A DNA stretch of 47,955 bases from NCBI GenBank assembly GCA_030600555.1, contig JAUVLW010000004.1, forward strand, positions 1 to 47,955. Reading direction: 5' to 3'. The notes beneath the pieces are model-generated. The model was not told where the DNA came from, did not search any database, and saw only the letters and a program-made list of their open reading frames with translations. Positions 27,979 through 36,549 of this stretch are shown here, one piece after another. The position numbers were made by a program, and so were the translations under genes. Source of the DNA: Candidatus Aenigmatarchaeota archaeon. Lineage in GTDB: Archaea > Aenigmatarchaeota > Aenigmatarchaeia > QMZS01. The stretch's first letter is position 1, and every line of letters begins with the position of its first letter.

Positions 27979-28001
27979 GCTTTGAACCCGGGTCACCGGC
28001 T

Positions 28002-28071
28002 GTCTCCTTAGGTTATTTTTGAATTTTCCTTTCTTTTGCTTGAGGTGTTTCTTTCGAGAAAGAAAACCTCA
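28002..28071 (-). repeat. tRNA intron family B, copy 2 (Glu anticodon intron)
   Basis: TGAGGTTTTCTTTCTCGAAAGAAACACCTCAAGCAAAAGAAAGGAAAATT. Confidence 0.8.
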
Positions 28072-28188
28072 CGAGAGGCCGGTATCCATGGTCCCTTTAT
28101 TTTATTGAAATTTGTTTCTTTTCTAAAAAGAAAGGGTTTAACCGAGCTAGACTACAGGGGCATAAATGTAAATAAAAATAATCTAATT

Positions 28189-28671
28189 ATGGTGTTGTTC
28201 TCTTCAGGGATGCTCTCTGGATATATCTATTATATAATTCCCCTAATATTCACATTTGCCCTTGTTTTCGGGGTTCTTTCAATTTCAAAGATATTTAACA
28301 AAAAAGAGGTAAATGTTCTGATTGCACTGTCAATGGCTATGTTTTCCTTGATTTCCGAGGCTTATGTAAACCTCCTGTATTCATGGCTTCCTTATCTCTG
28401 CATTTTGTTTATTCTCCTTTTTGTGTTTGTTTTGCTCAAAAATCTGCTTTTTGAAAAAAATGACCAAAATAAATCTGCCGCAACCTGGGAGATGTTAATT
28501 GCAATAGGAATCCTGTTCCTTGTGTTCATGACGGTTTATCAGTCAATTCCATTGCCCTCAGGCTCGATGATATCCTCTGATGATATTTTATTGATTGTGG
28601 GTATTGTTTTTGTGATTCTGATTTTGAGTGTTGGCGCAAAATTAAATAATGACGGCTTTAAAAATACTTAA
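28189..28671 (+). CDS. Multi-pass membrane protein
   Basis: Start placed at ATG 28189 because the ORF-track extension overlaps tRNA-Glu; YIIP.IF.FALVFGVL...N.LIAL pattern; five TM helices. Confidence 0.8.
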   Translation: MVLFSSGMLSGYIYYIIPLIFTFALVFGVLSISKIFNKKEVNVLIALSMAMFSLISEAYVNLLYSWLPYLCILFILLFVFVLLKNLLFEKNDQNKSAATWEMLIAIGILFLVFMTVYQSIPLPSGSMISSDDILLIVGIVFVILILSVGAKLNNDGFKNT

Positions 28672-28785
28672 GATTCAAGACACCTCAAGGATAAAAAATA
28701 CTTAAAGTTTTATTACTTAATTATAATATGGCAAAAGAATTAAGAATAGGTAGTTGCCCTCACGGGGATTGGATAAAAGAATAAT

Positions 28786-29049
28786 ATGGAAACAGATGAA
28801 CTTTATCAAAGTGAATGTCCTTTTGGAGGTCAGATTGATGTAATTTATGCAATTGGAGAAGATAAAAAAGTTTATGGGAGATGTACTTTGGCTTCAGCCA
28901 TTCCCAATTTAAGTAATAACTCTGATTTAAATGACGAAGAATTAAATGAATTAAGAATCACTATGGAATATGCTGGTTGTCCACATCCAATCAAAGATAA
29001 TGAACCATTAAACTGTAAATATGCTTGTAATGATTGGGTGGAAATATAA
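28786..29049 (+). CDS. Small Cys-containing hypothetical protein (possible frameshifted N-terminus from 28728)
   Basis: ORF with CPFG, C, CPHP and C...C; the upstream out-of-frame mini-ORF contains CPHG. Confidence 0.55.
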   Translation: METDELYQSECPFGGQIDVIYAIGEDKKVYGRCTLASAIPNLSNNSDLNDEELNELRITMEYAGCPHPIKDNEPLNCKYACNDWVEI

Positions 29050-29071
29050 AAGTATCAAATAATTCGTGACA

Positions 29072-30196
29072 CTAAAACAACAAAAACTGCCACCCAACCA
29101 AAGCTGTAGCAAACACGAAGAACAGTGTAATTGTCCACAAAGACCAGTCAGGAATTTTTAACTCATACTCAGGTTTTCTCTCCCCCTTTTCCCGGGTTTT
29201 TATAAACAGATACACAATCGACACCATTAACGGGGCAATAAACAAGCATCCTGTGAGAGATAATATCTCAGTAAAGCCCGAAAGCCCGAAAAAAGCAATT
29301 GATGCGGGGAGAATCGCGGCAAAGAAAGATATATTTTTATTAATCCCATAATCCTGATTATAAGTCTCCACAAGCGAATTGCCAATAGAAACAAAACAGG
29401 TTGCCATTGCTACAAATGCAAATAAATTGCCGAAAATAAGAAAGAAAATTCCGTATTGCTCACCTAAACTGATTGTTGCAACTTCTGAGATATTACTGCC
29501 ACCCAGAGCTCCTATGCAAATCATTGTAAAAATAATATAAACAAAGAACGGGATTGAGAACCCAATCAAAATACTTTTCCTTAATTTCTTCTTTTCTTTC
29601 CACAGAATTTCTTTCATCTGCGGGATTGCGGACATTCCTGCAAGAGCAAACATTATTATACCTACAGGAGCAAGATAATTTGACATTTCCATTTTTAATA
29701 TATTCGAAGGCTCAAAATAAAAAAGAGCCGCGATTGATAAAATTAATGTGCTAAAGATTATTATCGGAGTCATAAAATATTCAGTTTTCTCAACGCCTTT
29801 AACCCCAAAATAAACAATTATTGAGAATGGGATGAAAAAGATTAATTTTGCCATAAAAGGAGGAATTCCAAACAAAGAATTTATTAACTCCCCGCTTCCC
29901 TGCACATAAGCAATCAGGGAACCATACATCCAGGACACAGAAAGGAATGCAATAAAGTGTTTCATCTTTTTACCAACATATTTTTCAGCCAGACCTGGAA
30001 GTTGATGAGGTTTTTTTGTCCTGAGAGTTATTTCCCCGAGCATCAGATAAACCAGAAGAGTAAGAAAACCTATTATAATCATCCAACCCAGACCAATTAA
30101 AAAACCTGACTGCCCGATAACATAAGGCAGACCAAGAACTCCCGCACCGATAATTGTTCCTGCAAGAGTGAAACTTGCGGAAAATAGTTTGTTCAT
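29072..30196 (-). CDS. Aromatic amino acid permease (HAAAP/Trp-Tyr family)
   Basis: GTIIGAGVLGLPY; about 11 TM helices. Confidence 0.9.
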   Translation of the reverse strand: MNKLFSASFTLAGTIIGAGVLGLPYVIGQSGFLIGLGWMIIIGFLTLLVYLMLGEITLRTKKPHQLPGLAEKYVGKKMKHFIAFLSVSWMYGSLIAYVQGSGELINSLFGIPPFMAKLIFFIPFSIIVYFGVKGVEKTEYFMTPIIIFSTLILSIAALFYFEPSNILKMEMSNYLAPVGIIMFALAGMSAIPQMKEILWKEKKKLRKSILIGFSIPFFVYIIFTMICIGALGGSNISEVATISLGEQYGIFFLIFGNLFAFVAMATCFVSIGNSLVETYNQDYGINKNISFFAAILPASIAFFGLSGFTEILSLTGCLFIAPLMVSIVYLFIKTREKGERKPEYELKIPDWSLWTITLFFVFATALVGWQFLLF

Positions 30197-30271
30197 AACA
30201 CAATTTAATTGAATTTAATTAAATCAATTCTCTAGTATATTTTTTTATTTAATGAAACAAATCAAAAGATC

Positions 30272-33200
30272 TTACGGACTGGTTCCGCATAATCTAACAG
30301 CATCGGTTGAGGTCCAACCCCACCCGCAGGTCTCAAGAATTATGGTATCTGCAAAGAAAGTTCCATCAAGATTTTTTGTGATTTCACAGGCGTAATCATT
30401 ACCTTCATATATCAACATCTGTTCTCCGCTGCCTTTATTTTTTACCCACATTTTATTCCAGCAGATTCCGTAGTCTCCAAATATTGTTAAATTATTTGCA
30501 TAAACCAGATTATTATATTCTAAAGTTATATTTGCTTTAACATTCCAGTTTGTTGGGTTCCATGACTTAAACTGTCCGCTCCAAACATTACAATCATTAT
30601 TTGCATCAGGGGCTCCGGTTGCGTAAACAGGTTCTGAGCCCGTGTTGCTTGATGTCACAGTTGCCGAGGTTGCGTACTGGCAGATATCCCCTTCAATACA
30701 ATTTTCATCCACATCACCATCGCAATCATCATCAATACCATCGCAGGTTGAATCATCTGTCGCGGGTATTCCCGGCACGCAGGTATCCAATTCATAACCA
30801 ATACATTCTAAAAATCCTGTTGATTGGCAGGCTCCAATTCCGCAAGTAGTTGGTGTTGGAATATATTCATCATCATCAATACCATCGCAATCATCATCCA
30901 CCCCATTGCAAAAATCTTCAGATATTCCTGTTGGCGTGCAGATAGTATGCCTCATATTCCAGACTTGATTTGGAGTTAAAAAAGTTACCTCAGGATTCTC
31001 AATTAAGCTTGTTATTGTCTCATCATAAATCGCCCATTTAACATTGTCCATTTGATAATTTATAGTTGCATGTTCAAAATCAGGTTGATGCGTATACAAA
31101 AGCACTACTTTTTTCCCATTTATTTTTGTTATGGGCACATCCATTCGGTTGTAAGATAATACTTCATCAATTACTTGATCTGATCCTTTAAAAATGGTTC
31201 CTCTTCCTGCTCCGCCACTAACTGTAAAACTTACTCCATACTGAAACATATCCAAAGTTGCAGTAGGATTCACAGGTCCAAGGTCATCTGGATAATATAC
31301 GCCAAAATTAGTTCTGAAACCAAGTTCTTCAAGAACATGCCTTATGGATATTGTGAATCTTCCAAATGGAGCAACATAAGTATCAGGGACATTCAGGTTT
31401 GTTGTGCCTAAAATTTCCTTCATTTTATTAAGATAAAAATATCGCCCATCTTTTATTATCTGTTTTTGTTCTTCAAAAGATAATTCATCTAAATGTTGTT
31501 CCGCATCATCCATTCTAAATCCTTTTTGCATCAATTCAATATTTCCCGCCAGATACATCCTCTCAAAAATATCTGAAAAATAATCATCATCTGAATTAAT
31601 CGTTAATGGGAAAAAACTAAAAGCCACAGGAAGATTATTGTCTTCGTAATATTGCGTAATTTTATCAAAGAAATAATACCATTGCGGATTGGCGCTGCCA
31701 TCAATATTCCCAACATAAGAAATCATATAGATACTCTCTGAAGACTCTGATTTGCATTCGCTGCTGCAACCATCTCCATTTATTAAATTACCATCATCGC
31801 ATTCTTCACTGCCTTGATTTACTTCGCCATCGCCGCAATAAGGGATTTCCATATCAAGACCAATAATTTCTATTTCACTAAATTCTGAAGAAGGAACATT
31901 AAATTTAATATATGATTGTCCTCCATATGTGAACGGAATAAATTCAATATTAATGCCATTTATCTTAACATTGGTAACTTCATCACCACCGAGATATATT
32001 TTTAAAGTTAAATATTCGTTAAAAACATCTGTGTTTAAATCATTGACTAAATCAAATTTTACACCTGTTGGTGTGCCAACAATATTTTGCATTTTTACTG
32101 TGTTTCTTTCAGTTATATATTTTGATACTGTTCCAATTGTTTCAACCCATAAATCTTTTGTTAATAGATAATCAAATAATTCCGGATTATCGCAAGTGTC
32201 ATGATAAACATAATTTATCCAATCCTGATAATTTTCAGTAACATCCGCAAGTAAATAATAATCCAGAGGATTAACCCCAAAACCAATGGAATTAATGCTA
32301 AGGTAATTCAGATCATTTTCAGGGTTTTTTGATTCTATTGAATTTACATGATACCCTCTTGCAAATAAATAATAATCAGAAATCCATTCCTGATATTGCG
32401 ATGAGGCAACTCCGCAAGGCCATGCAAAAGTGATTAATTCATCTCGCGGTATGCCAATGTTATTTACAATATCATCCACATTTTCCTGTTTGTCATTTTT
32501 AAAATAAAGTTCACTTTGAGAATAACTGCAATCATGGTGAATTGTATGACCTCCGATTTCATGTCCGTAATTATAAACATCTTTCCAGATATCCCAATCA
32601 GATGAACTGTAAGTGTCAGTGAAAGCTAGGAAATAAGTTCCTTTCAAATCTCTTTCCTCCAATTCTTCACTGCATACTGCTTTAACTTTACCCAAAGAAT
32701 TGTGATAACCATCATCATCTGATATTGACACTGCGCCTTCCAGACAATCCTGCCAGTTGCAGATTTCAATAAACGGCTCATCAATATCCCTGAAATTAAA
32801 CCTATGCATCAAACCATAAGGATTTATCTTTCCATTATCAATCCCTTTACATTTGTAATAAATTTCTACTGAGTCTATTGAAGATGGTTTATTCAAATAA
32901 TATGAGTGCGTTAATCCATTTTGGGTTGACAACTCAATACCCTCGCCAAAATTAAAATCTTTATTATAACTGTATTCACATCCAGAAATTATATTTGTGG
33001 TTATTTCGAGATTTGTTCCGCTAAAAGAATCATCAATTATCCTGTCCTGTAGAGGACCGATTATATTTATTTTTGGAAAATAATCTTTTGAACCGCAGAG
33101 CTTTACTGCATCCACCGCAGACCATGACCAACTACAGGTTTCCAGTTTAATTTTGTTTGTTTTAAAATTGAATGTGTTAATAAGATATTCTATTTCACAG

Positions 33201-34114
33201 ACTTCGCCAGTGCTTTTGTCAATGGCTCCTTTTTGCGCAAGATACCATGCATTATCTTTCCATACCCAAACCCGATTGATGCATAAATCATAGTCTCCGA
33301 ATATGGTTAAATTATCAGGATAAATTTTATTTGGAAATGTCAAGGTCAGGTTTGCAATCACATCCCAATTTGTTTTTTGCCATGAATTATATTGGAGAGG
33401 TTCAGTGTTGCATTTTCCATCTGAATCAGGAATTCCTATTGAATACTTGGCTTCGTAATCTAGTAATTCGTCTGTTGCCTCCGCAAATTGCGCATATTGG
33501 CATAAATAAACAGGAAATTCTTCGAGTTTACATTCATTACTGCAACCATCCTCATTAATTAAATTCCCGTCATCGCATTCTTCACCTTCATCAATAATAT
33601 TGTTCCCGCAGTCAAGATTTAATTCAGTATCTCCGCACAGTTCAACTGAATCAGTGCAACTCCAGGACCATCCACAGGTTTCAAGGATTATGGTATCTAT
33701 TAAAAAATTACCATCTAGAAAATGAATTGATTTGCAGGTTTCATCAAATCCGTCAAATATCAATTTCTCTTCTCCGGTATTGCTATTTTTCACCCACATC
33801 TTATTCCAGCAAATATCATAATCGCCAAATATTGTAAAATTATTTGCGTAAACAGGAGTGTTGTAATTAAGAGTAATCTTTGATTTAATATTCCATAATG
33901 CGGGATTCCAGACTTTGTATTGTCCGCTCCATACACCGCAATTTCCGTTTGCATCAGGGGCTCCGGTTGCATAAACAGGCTCTGAGCTAAGGCTACTTGA
34001 TGTCGCAGCTGCTGAAGTCGCATACTGGCAAATATCTTCCCCTAAAACCGGAGTTAACAGAAATAAAACTACTAAAATTAAGCTTAATAATCCTTTTTTA
34101 ATCCATAGATTCAT
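30272..34114 (-). CDS. Large secreted multidomain protein: three beta-sandwich repeats, two Myxococcus-type Cys-rich repeats, two polysaccharide-deacetylase-like domains, MopE-like repeats
   Basis: CQYA..A.A.. three times; EECDDGN...DGCS..C twice; SDDDG...GHEIGGHT.HH...FAWPCG; second NodB-like barrel (YVAPFG); C.G.DDDCDG twice. Confidence 0.8.
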   Translation of the reverse strand: MNLWIKKGLLSLILVVLFLLTPVLGEDICQYATSAAATSSSLSSEPVYATGAPDANGNCGVWSGQYKVWNPALWNIKSKITLNYNTPVYANNFTIFGDYDICWNKMWVKNSNTGEEKLIFDGFDETCKSIHFLDGNFLIDTIILETCGWSWSCTDSVELCGDTELNLDCGNNIIDEGEECDDGNLINEDGCSNECKLEEFPVYLCQYAQFAEATDELLDYEAKYSIGIPDSDGKCNTEPLQYNSWQKTNWDVIANLTLTFPNKIYPDNLTIFGDYDLCINRVWVWKDNAWYLAQKGAIDKSTGEVCEIEYLINTFNFKTNKIKLETCSWSWSAVDAVKLCGSKDYFPKINIIGPLQDRIIDDSFSGTNLEITTNIISGCEYSYNKDFNFGEGIELSTQNGLTHSYYLNKPSSIDSVEIYYKCKGIDNGKINPYGLMHRFNFRDIDEPFIEICNWQDCLEGAVSISDDDGYHNSLGKVKAVCSEELEERDLKGTYFLAFTDTYSSSDWDIWKDVYNYGHEIGGHTIHHDCSYSQSELYFKNDKQENVDDIVNNIGIPRDELITFAWPCGVASSQYQEWISDYYLFARGYHVNSIESKNPENDLNYLSINSIGFGVNPLDYYLLADVTENYQDWINYVYHDTCDNPELFDYLLTKDLWVETIGTVSKYITERNTVKMQNIVGTPTGVKFDLVNDLNTDVFNEYLTLKIYLGGDEVTNVKINGINIEFIPFTYGGQSYIKFNVPSSEFSEIEIIGLDMEIPYCGDGEVNQGSEECDDGNLINGDGCSSECKSESSESIYMISYVGNIDGSANPQWYYFFDKITQYYEDNNLPVAFSFFPLTINSDDDYFSDIFERMYLAGNIELMQKGFRMDDAEQHLDELSFEEQKQIIKDGRYFYLNKMKEILGTTNLNVPDTYVAPFGRFTISIRHVLEELGFRTNFGVYYPDDLGPVNPTATLDMFQYGVSFTVSGGAGRGTIFKGSDQVIDEVLSYNRMDVPITKINGKKVVLLYTHQPDFEHATINYQMDNVKWAIYDETITSLIENPEVTFLTPNQVWNMRHTICTPTGISEDFCNGVDDDCDGIDDDEYIPTPTTCGIGACQSTGFLECIGYELDTCVPGIPATDDSTCDGIDDDCDGDVDENCIEGDICQYATSATVTSSNTGSEPVYATGAPDANNDCNVWSGQFKSWNPTNWNVKANITLEYNNLVYANNLTIFGDYGICWNKMWVKNKGSGEQMLIYEGNDYACEITKNLDGTFFADTIILETCGWGWTSTDAVRLCGTSP

Positions 34115-34253
34115 AATTATTGTTAATAAATAAACTTAGTTATCACTTAATACTCATATTAAATGTTATTTTTCAGGATATTTAATACTTCAAGAAGATT
34201 TGACCTGTATTGTCAGAATTTGCTCCTTAAATACTTTAAATATCTACTTATAA

Positions 34254-35438
34254 ATGGTAAAAGAATGTAACCATGACTTAAGTCCTGGAAATAACTTAAA
34301 TGAAGTTGACAGTCAAATAGCAGAAACAAACAGATATTTAATAGAATTGGAAGAAAATCCTGTATCCGATCCAAGAGCAATTGAAATGGTGAAAAGAACA
34401 GGACAGTACGCAAAAAGCAGAGGCGCACCAGTTCCAGATTATGTTCTTTCAGGTTATGATACAAACCAATTAACAAAATTACTTGCAAAAGGTGCTTCAG
34501 AAGAAGAGTTAACAAAATTTTATGAAGATCCAATAAAAAGTAAGATGGATTTAGATGTAAAGGATTACAATTCTTTAGGAATGGTCGAGTTAAATAATTA
34601 TAACATCAACCTAAAAAAATTCTTTGAATTACCAACAGAAAAAAAAGTTAGTTATCTCAGCAAACTTAAAAACTTTGGAAAGAAAGCAATCCCTGTTGCT
34701 CTTGCAGCATCTTTATTGGCAGCGCCTGTTGCAGCATTCTACGATCAACCTCAAATCAATAATTTATTTTTTCTCCAGAAGTATAATAAAACTAACTATA
34801 TTTATGATTTTGATGATATTTTAAATAGATATGATGATTTTAATGAAATATATAAATCTTTAGATGAACCAATAATACCCCCTGATGAAATAATTAAAAT
34901 GTTGGAGGACGATAATAAAATGATTGATATTTCTAAACCTGATTTAGCCATTTTGTTAGCGATCTGCTCAGAAGAAACCTCAGCAGTTTCTCCTTATGTA
35001 ATTTGTGTGGACACAAATGGAAATAAAAAACCAGACACTTTATTTGCTATGTACTCCAGCCAAAGGAAGGGTGGTGAATTAACCTCTGCTGTAGAGGTAC
35101 CAGAAAAATACTATGGCTTAAATGGAAAAAGAATTCTTTTTATATCCAATCCAGATTATTTAATAAATCCATTTGATACTCTAGGTCCCGATGATTCTAA
35201 TATTGTAAATCTATTACATTTCAATAATCCCTCAATGATAAACTTTGGGGATAAACCTACAATAATCCATTGGGAAGATGCAGTCGGAAAAACTTTAGAC
35301 GAACTTGGACTGGATGAATATGAAGTTAAGAATAGGGGCTTAGATATAAAAGAAGAAACTCCCGGATTTGGAAGTATTGCTGTTTTAGGGGCAGGCGCAG
35401 CTGCTTATCTTGGCAAAAAATATAGAAAAAGAAATTAA
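34254..35438 (+). CDS. PGF-CTERM sorting-signal protein with an internal signal peptide
   Basis: C-terminus ETPGFGSIAVLGAGAAAYLGKKYRKRN; internal KKAIPVALAASLLAAPVAA. Confidence 0.75.
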   Translation: MVKECNHDLSPGNNLNEVDSQIAETNRYLIELEENPVSDPRAIEMVKRTGQYAKSRGAPVPDYVLSGYDTNQLTKLLAKGASEEELTKFYEDPIKSKMDLDVKDYNSLGMVELNNYNINLKKFFELPTEKKVSYLSKLKNFGKKAIPVALAASLLAAPVAAFYDQPQINNLFFLQKYNKTNYIYDFDDILNRYDDFNEIYKSLDEPIIPPDEIIKMLEDDNKMIDISKPDLAILLAICSEETSAVSPYVICVDTNGNKKPDTLFAMYSSQRKGGELTSAVEVPEKYYGLNGKRILFISNPDYLINPFDTLGPDDSNIVNLLHFNNPSMINFGDKPTIIHWEDAVGKTLDELGLDEYEVKNRGLDIKEETPGFGSIAVLGAGAAAYLGKKYRKRN

Positions 35439-35463
35439 CTGAATCAAAATAAAATACTCTTTA

Positions 35464-36549
35464 TTAATCAGGATATTTAATACCCAAAGTAACATTACGC
35501 ATTAACAAGGATTCTGGTCCATAATCTCTTGATTTCTGCAGACCCACATAAACATCAATATTTTTTTCATCTTTTGCAAAACCATAAAATTTATCATCTG
35601 CGTAAAAGGTTTTTGTTTTAAGAAGTTCGTTCACCCATTCAGGATTATGCTCTGAATCGAGACCTAAATTTATAAATTTTATCTGAGTTCCCTGCGGCAA
35701 CGGCGGATTAACGGCTAAACTTGGGTTATTATCAATCCAAGGCACGAGTTTATTATTATATGCTCCCAATGATTTATTAACCAAATAACAGGTTTCTCCA
35801 TCATCAATTCCATAATCATAATGCAGATATTGCCCGGAATTATCTATATTATCCCCTTTCCCGGAACCATCTATTTTAATTTGCTTAATAAAATCAGATT
35901 TGTAACTTCCAAGCGAGTTTCCATAGGAATCAAAAACTTCAATCTTTGGGTCCTCATAGAGGTTTTCATTAATATCCTGATAAGAAGTTATTGTCCACCC
36001 TGATGAAATATCATATTCACTTAAATCAGCTGCAAGAGAATCATTCTCAATATAATTTTCCACAGATTTTTCAAGTAAATCATCATTTGATTCAATGCAA
36101 CCTGAACCCATTATAGCAACGCTGGCAATTAATCCAATCAATATATAACTTCCTAATTTTTTCATATTGTTCATTATTCTCTTCTTTCCTTCACCCATAT
36201 TATTAGTTATTGGAGAAAATATACTTCTGGGAAAATATCCTTTATCTTTCTCCGTAAGTTTTATTTTGTTGGTATCTGCATAATTTGTTAAATTATTTAA
36301 GACTTCTTTTTTGTATTCTTCCAATTCAGATTCCATATTTACTTCAGCATAAATCATCCCTTTAGAAGTCCTAACAGGTATTCTATAATTTGTTTTTGAA
36401 TGAAGATAACTATTTAAAAAATTGACCGGGTCAAAATCAATAAGTTCATAAATATTTTCAATTGTTTCATTTTTATCTTTTGCCGCAACTTCTACCATTG
36501 CGTCTATTTCTGTGAGAGAATCTATTGCGTCCTCAAATAATTGTGTCAT
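35464..36549 (-). CDS. Protein with an internal lipoprotein signal and a C-terminal 3D-domain-like region
   Basis: ATG 36549 overlaps the upstream TGA; internal MKKLGSYILIGLIASVAIMGSGC; SLAVNPPLPQGT...ADD...IDVYVG. Confidence 0.65.
   Translation of the reverse strand: MTQLFEDAIDSLTEIDAMVEVAAKDKNETIENIYELIDFDPVNFLNSYLHSKTNYRIPVRTSKGMIYAEVNMESELEEYKKEVLNNLTNYADTNKIKLTEKDKGYFPRSIFSPITNNMGEGKKRIMNNMKKLGSYILIGLIASVAIMGSGCIESNDDLLEKSVENYIENDSLAADLSEYDISSGWTITSYQDINENLYEDPKIEVFDSYGNSLGSYKSDFIKQIKIDGSGKGDNIDNSGQYLHYDYGIDDGETCYLVNKSLGAYNNKLVPWIDNNPSLAVNPPLPQGTQIKFINLGLDSEHNPEWVNELLKTKTFYADDKFYGFAKDEKNIDVYVGLQKSRDYGPESLLMRNVTLGIKYPD

Larger units (their letters stand above)
27851..28161 (-). tRNA. tRNA-Glu(CUC) with three introns (21/22: 28088-28137; 37/38: 28002-28071; 59/60: 27865-27980)
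   Basis: Exons join to GCCCCTG-TA-GTCT-AGCTCGGTTAA-GGAT-A-CCGGC-CTCTCGA-GCCGG-TGAC-CCGGG-TTCAAAT-CCCGG-CAGGGGC-A. BHB central helices are GGTT/GACC, CTCT/GGAG and TTCA/TGAA. Confidence 0.92.

Noticed and set aside
28036-28188. N-terminal extension of ORF 28036-28671
   Set aside because: It lies antisense to tRNA-Glu exons and introns; ATG 28189 is the plausible start.
28680-28689. ACACCTCAAG match to intron family B outside a tRNA
   Set aside because: Only 10 nt with no 5' hairpin arm; compatible with chance.
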